From the NCBI GenBank assembly GCA_947493035.1, contig CANLOW010000003.1:345193-409192 (forward strand): a stretch of DNA of 64,000 nucleotides, read 5' to 3'. The translations under genes were made by a program, and so were the position numbers. Position 1 is the first letter of the stretch, and each line of letters starts with the position of its first letter. This DNA is from an uncultured Aquimarina sp. (GTDB lineage: Bacteria > Bacteroidota > Bacteroidia > Flavobacteriales > Flavobacteriaceae). The notes under the pieces were generated by a model. The model saw nothing but the letters and a program-made list of their open reading frames with translations. It made no database searches and was not told the DNA's origin. Shown here one piece after another: positions 50,467 to 58,212 of this stretch.

Positions 50467-50747
50467 TATAAATTCTATTAATATCAATACGATTCTAATA
50501 CCTTAGACAAGTAAAATTTCACAGGTCTATCATTTGTTTTCGCAACACAATATGAAGTATTAAGATAGGCACTTCAGGTAAAAGTGAAGTAATTTTATTC
50601 AAAAAATAACATTACACTTTATTAAGATAAATTCACTTTTCAAAAAACTACCTCAACGCTAATAGTTGAAATACCTATCTAAAAATTACTCTTGTTAAAA
50701 TGCGAGACAAGCCTTAGGGAATTTATCAACCTACAATGTGGATTAAA

Positions 50748-50914
50748 TCCGTATTATGTATTAGAACTTCGTTATGAGTATTGAAAGCTCAATAAAATGA
50801 AGTATTTTCTTAATTTTAGCATAGCATTGTTATTGTTAAATCAAAAAATACAGCGAAGCGTTTGATTTTGCAGCGATTTCGATACGGAATAGATTTTCTA
50901 ATGCATAATACGGG
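50748..50914. mobile_element. MITE-like non-autonomous element
   Basis: 19-bp terminal inverted repeats (TCCGTATTATGTATTAGAA / reverse complement CCCGTATTATGCATTAGAA, 17/19), flanked by TTAAA on both sides; no internal ORF. Confidence 0.7.
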
Positions 50915-51673
50915 TTAAATATCTAACCATTCTTTGAATTTTGTTACTCTTTCCCTTGACACAATAACTTCTTCTTTAGGTGTTGGTAACATTTTTAATA
51001 ATAATCTACTATTAAAATAAGTATGTATTTCCTTGACTGCATCTACTGTCACCAAATATTTCCTATTAATTCTAAAAAAAATAAACGGATCTAAAATCTC
51101 TTCTAACTGATCTAAAGAATATTCTACTGGAAATTTTTTATTCATTGAATTTACCAATATAATACCTCCTTCTTCTGATTTGAAATAAGCAATTTCCTCG
51201 ACCTTAATAGCCTTAAATTGATTCCCTATTTTAATCATAAAACGCTTCTTGTATTCTTTCTCTAATAAATTCTTGAAATTTTGTAATGCCGAAATTTCAG
51301 AAAACCCTTCTTTGTTTACTATACTTTTCTTGAATTTTGCTAGTGTAGTATTTAACTCTCTTTTGTCTATTGGTTTTAATAGATAATCAATCCCATTATA
51401 TTTGAATCCACGAATAGCATATTCATTATAGGCGGTGGTAAAAATTACAGGGCAATACTCTTCTAATTGGTCTAAGACATCAAAACCATAACCATCATTC
51501 AATTGAATATCTAAAAAAATGAGATCAGGCATTGTATTTACTTGAAACCAACTCATAGCGCTTTTTACAGAAGATACATGCCCCACCAACTCTATTTCAG
51601 GGGCTAACTCATTTACTAAATTCTGAAGTCTTTTAGCAGCAATTAGCTCATCTTCTACTATTAAGGCTTTCAT
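50915..51673 (-). CDS. LytTR family response regulator
   Basis: MKALIVEDE (ATG 51673), IFLDIQLNDG, IFTTAY, FFRINRKY, VSRERV. Confidence 0.93.
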   Translation of the reverse strand: MKALIVEDELIAAKRLQNLVNELAPEIELVGHVSSVKSAMSWFQVNTMPDLIFLDIQLNDGYGFDVLDQLEEYCPVIFTTAYNEYAIRGFKYNGIDYLLKPIDKRELNTTLAKFKKSIVNKEGFSEISALQNFKNLLEKEYKKRFMIKIGNQFKAIKVEEIAYFKSEEGGIILVNSMNKKFPVEYSLDQLEEILDPFIFFRINRKYLVTVDAVKEIHTYFNSRLLLKMLPTPKEEVIVSRERVTKFKEWLDI

Positions 51674-51723
51674 AGTTATTCTTTTGCGATTTGTTCGAAT
51701 ATCCTTTTTCTCTAATAACAATC

Positions 51724-51802
51724 TTTCATTCTAATAAAAATCATGATCTCATTAAATGACTAAAACCTGTGACATGAGATTCCTCACCAATCAAGGAATG
51801 TA
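51724..51802. repeat. Degenerate inverted pair of REP-like units
   Basis: ATCTCAT (51746-52) / ATGAGAT (51774-80), CATTC / GAATG outer pairing, inner ATTCCT / AGGAAT hairpin. Confidence 0.5.
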
Positions 51803-52006
51803 GTTACTTTCTGTAATATTAATAATTCTGGATATTCATTAATTTATTAGTAATAATACATGTCCATGTAATTAACATCTCTAATATAAATTAATAAAGC
51901 ATTATTTTATTGGTATTGCCAAAGGGTTTAACACCTTAAAGCTTGCCTTAAAATTTTAATGATATTTTCTTTAAATGCCTTTTGAGCTTGCTCTGGGGGA
52001 ATTTAC

Positions 52007-53125
52007 CTACGATACCAATAAAGGCAAACTTACCGAAAACGTTTCGGCCGTTTCTGATACTTCTACAAACCTTTCTGTATAAAATGCATATCTCTTTCTA
52101 ATATTATCTAAACCAACACCTGTGGTATTATCTTCTTTAAGCCTTTTATTAAGTGTGTTTCTAACTTCTAATACATTGTCTTTTGTTTGAATTTGTATTA
52201 CCAAAGGTTTTTCTAACGAATAGTAGTTATGTTTCAATGCATTTTCTACTAACATTTGTAAGGCCAGCACCGGAATCTTATGTTGTTTTTTAGCCTCTTC
52301 AATATCAGTGTTGATCTGCAAGGCCTCTCTATGTCTTACATTCATCATAAAAATAAAAGCATCCATAAATTGCATTTCTTTTTGCAATTCGACCAAATCA
52401 TTTTCATTCTGATCTAAAATATAGCGATAACAAGAAGCTAAACGACTTACAAAATCTGATGCCATGTCTCTATCTTCATACATTAAAGAAGTTAATGTAT
52501 TGAGACTATTAAATAAAAAATGTGGACTAATTTGATCTTTTAAAGATTTGAATTTAGAGGTTGCCAATTCTTGTTGTAATTGTAACAGCTTATATTCTGT
52601 GGCTTCTTTTTGTTTGAACACCTGATACAACAAATTAGATACTACTACTGTAATCCCTAAAAGACATGCTCGTAAAAAGTCTATTCTAAATCGTAACCAA
52701 AGGGGTTTTTCGGGAATCGTACCACAAGGAATTTTTATAACAAAAATTCCTAAATAATATACCAAAGCCGCTACAGGAATACATACGAGCAAGGATAATA
52801 AAACAATCTTAGTTCCTAAGGTGTAATTCAATGAAGGTTGCCCTAATTTAAATGCATATTTTTCAATAAACCAATCATTGATTCCCCATGTAAAAAAAAT
52901 GAGAAAGAAAGCACTTATATAATAAAAAACGCTTGTACTATTAAATTTTAATAGCTCACCTTCATAATCTATAGTTAATTTTACTAAAAAGTAAATAATA
53001 TTTACAACTAGAAACCGAAAAGCATATTTTTTTAGCGCTTGTTTCGTAAACATATACTTGAATATCGAATTATACGGGTTAAAATTGATAAACCATTCTG
53101 TGTTATACCAATAATATAAAGACAT
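52007..53125 (-). CDS. LytS-type sensor histidine kinase
   Basis: TM region, KDQISPHFLFNSLN, LASCYRY, QMLVENALKHN, GVGLDNI; alternative start 53053. Confidence 0.9.
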   Translation of the reverse strand: MSLYYWYNTEWFINFNPYNSIFKYMFTKQALKKYAFRFLVVNIIYFLVKLTIDYEGELLKFNSTSVFYYISAFFLIFFTWGINDWFIEKYAFKLGQPSLNYTLGTKIVLLSLLVCIPVAALVYYLGIFVIKIPCGTIPEKPLWLRFRIDFLRACLLGITVVVSNLLYQVFKQKEATEYKLLQLQQELATSKFKSLKDQISPHFLFNSLNTLTSLMYEDRDMASDFVSRLASCYRYILDQNENDLVELQKEMQFMDAFIFMMNVRHREALQINTDIEEAKKQHKIPVLALQMLVENALKHNYYSLEKPLVIQIQTKDNVLEVRNTLNKRLKEDNTTGVGLDNIRKRYAFYTERFVEVSETAETFSVSLPLLVS

Positions 53126-53170
53126 GGTATCAAAACTAATATTCCATTTTAATATTTACATAAAAACTAC

Positions 53171-53202
53171 CTTCAATTGTCAAATTAATACTTGAATTGT
53201 CA
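53171..53202. promoter_or_regulatory. Candidate LytTR direct-repeat pair (kinase side)
   Basis: CTTCAATTGTCA (53171) and CTTGAATTGTCA (53191), 20-bp period. Confidence 0.55.
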
Positions 53203-53254
53203 GAATCTCTTTTAAAGTGTGAAAGAAGTGAAAATGATAACTTATTAAACTTCT

Positions 53255-53285
53255 AGACAATTGGAACATGAAATATTACAATTCA
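53255..53285. promoter_or_regulatory. Candidate LytTR direct-repeat pair (TBDR side, opposite orientation)
   Basis: AGACAATTGG and TTACAATTCA; ACAATT cores at 53257 and 53278, 21-bp period; reverse complement of the AATTGT core of the first pair. Confidence 0.5.
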
Positions 53286-53364
53286 TGATATTTAACTTAC
53301 AAAACAACTATGCTACCTTTATCAAAAGGCCATTTATCAGCACATTTGAAGCAAACAAAACACT

Positions 53365-55746
53365 ATGAAATCAATTTTTATTGTTCTATTACTTTTAACT
53401 TCTTTTAGCTGGGCTCAAACAGGTATTTTGCAAGGAACCGTCATAGATAAACACTCTCAATTACCTTTAATGGGAGCAACAGTAGCGCTTTTAAATAGTA
53501 ATGAACCCAAAGGAGCAATCACAGATATCGATGGTTTTTTTCAAATTACACAAATTGCTGTTGGAAGACAGGCTTTAAAAATTAGCTATATAGGCTACGA
53601 TACAGAATATACAAGCAATATTATAATTGATACAGGGAAAACAGCTGTGGTGACTATTGCAATGGTAGAATCTTTTGATAACCTTTCTGAAGTTATCATT
53701 TCTACCGCTAATACTAAATCAAAATCGATCAACAAACTAGCAACCGTATCTGCTCGACAATTCGGACTAGAAGAGGTAACACGATATTCTGGAGGACGAA
53801 GTGATGTCGGTAGATTGGCAGCAAACTATGCTGGTGTCTCTGCTCCCGATGATAGCCGTAATGATATTGTTGTCCGAGGAAATGCACCTACGGGATTGTT
53901 ATGGCGATTAGAAGGAATTGCGATACCTAACCCTAATCATTATTCAACACTCGGTACTACTGGAGGCCCTGTATCAGCTTTAAATCCAAACATGTTACGA
54001 AATTCTGATTTTTTCACTTCTGCATTTCCGGCAGAATACGGGAACGCACTTGGGGGTGTTTTTGACCTTGGGTTTAGAAAAGGAAATACAAAAGACTATG
54101 AATTTAGCTTTCAAACTGGTGCCTTTACAGGTCTTGAAGCTAATGCCGAAGGTCCTCTAGGTAATAACAATGGATCATTTTTAGTTACTGGACGATATTC
54201 ACTTGTTGGGTTACTAGGTATTGGTGCTGGAGGAACTTCTGCTACGCCTAATTACAAGGATATTTCTTTTAATATTGATTTTGGAAATTATGATTTCGGC
54301 ACACTATCTCTCTTCGGAATTTTAGCTACAAGTGACATTGAGTTTTTAGGTGATGATATTGATGCTGATGATCTTTTTGCTGTTGAAGATGAAAACTCAT
54401 TTGTAGATTCGGGAGTAGGTGTTATTGGACTAAAACATAAACTAACTATTGGAAAAAATAGCTTTTTACAAAATGTAATAGGATACTCTTACAACAAAAA
54501 TAATTTTAGATCTGATCGATTTATTGAAAAAGGCACTCCTAATGAACGTATTATTAACTTTTGGGATATTGACAATATGGAAAGTAGAATTTCCTTTTCC
54601 GCTGTTTTCAATACAAAACTGAATAAAAAAAGTATCCTGCGTATTGGTAACTTACTAGAACAATTCAGTATTGATTCATTTCAAGAGACAAGATCTAGGC
54701 AATTAGATAATGATGGAGATGGCGATCCGGACCTATTCACCCTTTTAAATCTTGATGAAAAAACATATCTAGCTCAACCCTATATCCTAGGGCAATATAG
54801 AATAAACAAAAAGATTAGTTTCAATGGAGGGGTACATGGACAATATTCTTCTATTAATGATCAATTTGTTTTAGAACCAAGAGCTGGTATTACTTATAAA
54901 TTCAATAAAAAACATCAACTTAACGTGGGTTATGGTTTACATCATCAATCTGTCGCATTACCTATTTTATTTTTAAATGAGAATGTAAATGGGCAATTAA
55001 TACAAACTAATAAAAATTTAGATTTTATAAAAAGCAATCATTTTGTACTTGGTTATGATTACAATTTTGCAAGTGATTGGCGTGCTAAGCTTGAAGTTTA
55101 TTATCAAGATATATCTAACGCCGCTGTAGAATCATTTCCTTCTAGTTATTCTACCTTAACCGAAGGAGCTAACTTCGGATTCGAAATCGACAAAGTCTCT
55201 TTAGTCAATGAGGGCACTGGTTTCAATCAAGGAGTCGAACTTACCATCGAAAAGTTTTTTAGTAAAGGGTTTTATGGTCTATTAACTACCTCTTTATTTG
55301 AAAGTAAATATAAAGGGAGTGATCGTATCGAAAGGAATACCCCTTTTAATAATGAGTATGTTGTTAATGCATTAGGCGGAAAAGAATTTAAAGCAGGTAA
55401 AAACAAAAAGAATATCTTCTCTATAGATTCTAAAATAACCTATGCGGGAGGCCGCTTTGTAACTCCTGTCGATCTTGAAGCTTCAAGAAATGCTGGCTTT
55501 GAAGAATTACAAGACAATCTTGCTTTTAGTCAAAAAAATGATTCTTACTTGAGGTGGGATTTAAAATTTGGTTATAAAATCAACCACTCTAGTAAAAAGC
55601 AATCTCATCAATTTTATGTAGACATTCAGAATGTTACTAACAACGATAATTTATTTATTAGACGTTATAACAGAAAAACAAACAATGTAGATGAAGTTAA
55701 TCAAATTGGTTTCTTTCCTGATTTTGGTTATCGTTTTCAATTTTAA
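53365..55746 (+). CDS. TonB-dependent receptor
   Basis: Signal peptide, CarboxypepD_reg-like domain, RNDIVVRGNAP, AFPAEYGNALGGVFD, terminal FGYRFQF. Confidence 0.9.
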   Translation: MKSIFIVLLLLTSFSWAQTGILQGTVIDKHSQLPLMGATVALLNSNEPKGAITDIDGFFQITQIAVGRQALKISYIGYDTEYTSNIIIDTGKTAVVTIAMVESFDNLSEVIISTANTKSKSINKLATVSARQFGLEEVTRYSGGRSDVGRLAANYAGVSAPDDSRNDIVVRGNAPTGLLWRLEGIAIPNPNHYSTLGTTGGPVSALNPNMLRNSDFFTSAFPAEYGNALGGVFDLGFRKGNTKDYEFSFQTGAFTGLEANAEGPLGNNNGSFLVTGRYSLVGLLGIGAGGTSATPNYKDISFNIDFGNYDFGTLSLFGILATSDIEFLGDDIDADDLFAVEDENSFVDSGVGVIGLKHKLTIGKNSFLQNVIGYSYNKNNFRSDRFIEKGTPNERIINFWDIDNMESRISFSAVFNTKLNKKSILRIGNLLEQFSIDSFQETRSRQLDNDGDGDPDLFTLLNLDEKTYLAQPYILGQYRINKKISFNGGVHGQYSSINDQFVLEPRAGITYKFNKKHQLNVGYGLHHQSVALPILFLNENVNGQLIQTNKNLDFIKSNHFVLGYDYNFASDWRAKLEVYYQDISNAAVESFPSSYSTLTEGANFGFEIDKVSLVNEGTGFNQGVELTIEKFFSKGFYGLLTTSLFESKYKGSDRIERNTPFNNEYVVNALGGKEFKAGKNKKNIFSIDSKITYAGGRFVTPVDLEASRNAGFEELQDNLAFSQKNDSYLRWDLKFGYKINHSSKKQSHQFYVDIQNVTNNDNLFIRRYNRKTNNVDEVNQIGFFPDFGYRFQF

Positions 55747-55843
55747 CCAAAAGGCAATAAACGAAGAGACTAAGTATATACTTCTATCAAAAAGCAAAAA
55801 AGCAGTAAGGTTTACTATTAATAAATAGCTATATTTTAAAAAC

Positions 55844-56230
55844 CTATTTTGTACAACACTTATCTGTTGCACAAGTACAATACCTTCTATTATACTCGTG
55901 TAAAAAAATTAAACTTAGTGTAGGTAACAATATACTAACCTCTGGTAAAGGTAGTAATTCTAACTTCTCATTTAGTATTACAAATGTCAAAACAAACCAA
56001 CTACCCCAAAATAACACTTTCATAAAAGCTTTTGAAGTTGTTTGAGTTGACCTGTAAACCGCCAAAAAAGACAACAAGAGAAAAATATAATCTAATCCCT
56101 TCCACCATGAAGGTACATAAGTCAGACTTCCCTTAAATATTAATAACAAAGGCATAAACAAGCAGTGTATTAAACATAAGCTACTTATAAGAATACCAAA
56201 GGTGTCGGACTTTTTTAGATTTGCAATCAT
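55844..56230 (-). CDS. MerC-domain membrane protein
   Basis: SDTFGILISSLCLIHC, 4 TM helices, Cys-rich tail CTCATDKCC; start 56230 preferred because track start 56290 lies inside the palindrome. Confidence 0.8.
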   Translation of the reverse strand: MIANLKKSDTFGILISSLCLIHCLFMPLLLIFKGSLTYVPSWWKGLDYIFLLLSFLAVYRSTQTTSKAFMKVLFWGSWFVLTFVILNEKLELLPLPEVSILLPTLSLIFLHEYNRRYCTCATDKCCTK

Positions 56231-56265
56231 TGAATTGGCTAATAATATTTGAAAAGCAATATTAA

Positions 56266-56314
56266 CAAAACAGATCATTAAATGCAACAATGTTGCATTT
56301 AATGATCTGTTTTG
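56266..56314. promoter_or_regulatory. Perfect 24-1-24 palindrome with TGCAACA-A-TGTTGCA core (candidate Fur-family operator and/or terminator)
   Basis: CAAAACAGATCATTAAATGCAACA-a-TGTTGCATTTAATGATCTGTTTTG. Confidence 0.65.
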
Positions 56315-56331
56315 CGATAAATACTCAAAAT

Positions 56332-57993
56332 CTATGCTATGTTATCCAGAAAAACCTCCAATGAATCCTCCGAAGTAAGGTTTAATTTCTTTTTCAAACG
56401 CGATCTAGCAATTTTCACAGCATGAACCGTCGTTCCTCTAAGTTCTGCAATTTCCTTTCTGGTAAGTTTCATCTTTGAAAACGTAGCGATTTCAATATCT
56501 GTTTTTGATAAAATGGGAAATTTCGAAGTAAGTTGAAAAATAAAACTCGCATTATAATCTGCAATTTGCTGTTTGATCACTAATACTTTTTCATCTTCCA
56601 ATTTGCTAGATCGAATATCTGCCAAAATAGAATTAGTATCTATTTTAGTATCCATAGCAACAATTTTCTTTAGATCATCTGCAATTTTCAATTTTGATTT
56701 TAACTGTTTTACACTTTCCATTTGCAAGGACATGATTTCTTTAGTCTTTAAGGAAATATCCTTTTCTTTAGAGATGAGTTCTGTGACTAAATCTAACTTT
56801 TCTCTTTCTAAGGTTTTATAACGATCTACTACAGCAAGCGATAGCAAAATCGCTTCTAATACAGAACCGATCATATAAGCGTTTAATGTAAATACATTTT
56901 CAGGTAACACAACAAAGACTGTAAGAGTGTAAATGATTACAGTGGTACAATAACACACCCAAGCGATAACCAAATATTTGGCAAAAGAGTTTCCTCCTAA
57001 ATAAGTTCTAATTCCTGAATACAAGGCTAATAAGCTACAAAGCATCAACCCCATAGCTACTGGACTGTTATTCGGTGGATGCCCAAAGAATTCTTGTCGA
57101 ATCATTATATACCCTAAAGCGATAAGTTCGTAATAGAAAATTCCGTTCAATAACCAATGAGATGACTTACTATACTTCTTAGTCTCTAAAAAACGAATAC
57201 AGAACTGTGCTGTGATTACCGTTCCAAATGTTAAGAATATAGGGGTGCACCATTCTTGAAAGAAAGGCGTTTCATCTATCAAGTATTTCTTCATAAAACC
57301 ACGAACGGTGACCTGCACTAAAAGCCCTCCTAAAATAGTACCTGCATACAAAAAATAGACGCTATCTCTTAAACCTACACTTAACAAAAGGTTGTAAAAG
57401 ATAATGATGACTAAAGCACCTATGAGTAATGCCATAGCCAGTAATTCATTTTGCTCACTTTCCAAATATTCCGATTCTTTTACGGTGGTTATAGAATACG
57501 ATTTTCCGTATTGGCTATACGTTTTCATATAAAAAGTTTCGGTCTCCCCTACTTCAAATTCTAGCGGAAAATATAAGGACGTAGCTTTTATAAGCTTGTC
57601 TTTTTGATTAACCATAACACCCGTATGATATACATTCCAATCATTACCCTTTTTGAAATAGAGACTAACAGAATCCAATAGCGGCTTTCTCACTCGCAAC
57701 AATCGTTTTATAGATGCTACTCCTTCATTCTTTATTTTAAATTTCAGCCAAATATTGGTATTTGTAAACCCGAGATTAACAATATCTTTTTCTGATTTTT
57801 TATAATCAATAGTCTCGGCTTCTTCGATGCCTATTTTTAATGTAGGGTCTTCCGCAACGTATACATATTTACCCAGAACATCTTTGGAAGATACTTTATC
57901 TATAGGAATTACATCATAGGCTACATTTTGAGATATACACGTTATCGAAATGTAAAAAAGGGATATAAATAAAAAGTGGCAATAGGTTTTCAA
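56332..57993 (-). CDS. One-component membrane regulator: 7TMR-DISM extracellular + 7TM + LuxR-type HTH
   Basis: VNLGFTNTNIWLKF, YNLLL, EAILLSLA, LSKTDIEIA...KEIAELRG...RSRLKKKL; no kinase motifs; TTG start. Confidence 0.8.
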   Translation of the reverse strand: MKTYCHFLFISLFYISITCISQNVAYDVIPIDKVSSKDVLGKYVYVAEDPTLKIGIEEAETIDYKKSEKDIVNLGFTNTNIWLKFKIKNEGVASIKRLLRVRKPLLDSVSLYFKKGNDWNVYHTGVMVNQKDKLIKATSLYFPLEFEVGETETFYMKTYSQYGKSYSITTVKESEYLESEQNELLAMALLIGALVIIIFYNLLLSVGLRDSVYFLYAGTILGGLLVQVTVRGFMKKYLIDETPFFQEWCTPIFLTFGTVITAQFCIRFLETKKYSKSSHWLLNGIFYYELIALGYIMIRQEFFGHPPNNSPVAMGLMLCSLLALYSGIRTYLGGNSFAKYLVIAWVCYCTTVIIYTLTVFVVLPENVFTLNAYMIGSVLEAILLSLAVVDRYKTLEREKLDLVTELISKEKDISLKTKEIMSLQMESVKQLKSKLKIADDLKKIVAMDTKIDTNSILADIRSSKLEDEKVLVIKQQIADYNASFIFQLTSKFPILSKTDIEIATFSKMKLTRKEIAELRGTTVHAVKIARSRLKKKLNLTSEDSLEVFLDNIA

Positions 57994-58017
57994 AAGTCGG
58001 TTGAGTTGGTAGTGTTA

Positions 58018-58025
58018 CAAAAGTA
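58018..58025 (-). promoter_or_regulatory. Promoter -7 element of the 7TM-LuxR gene
   Basis: TACTTTTG on minus strand, 24 nt before start. Confidence 0.55.
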
Positions 58026-58176
58026 AGGAAGAAGCTTCTTTTTCCCTAAAAACAACACAAACAAGATATTATATATAGGGCACAAATACGGGTACATACT
58101 ACGAAACCCTATAAACACAAGGGTTTTAACTACCCAGATAAAGCAGAGATTAGACCTATTCCCCTCATCCATTCTT

Positions 58177-58184
58177 TAACTTTG
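58177..58184 (+). promoter_or_regulatory. Promoter -7 element of the giant surface-protein gene
   Basis: TAACTTTG 28 nt before the ATG at 58213. Confidence 0.6.
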
Positions 58185-58212
58185 TAGCGCTATCATAAAT
58201 CCAGCCCAAACT

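Noticed and set aside
1349-58172. Short antisense or overlapping track ORFs (e.g. 1349, 2890, 4197, 6898, 15832, 20196, 23343, 37482, 45138, 56573, 57990)
   Set aside because: Almost all lie inside or overlap well-supported genes and show no motifs or expression signals
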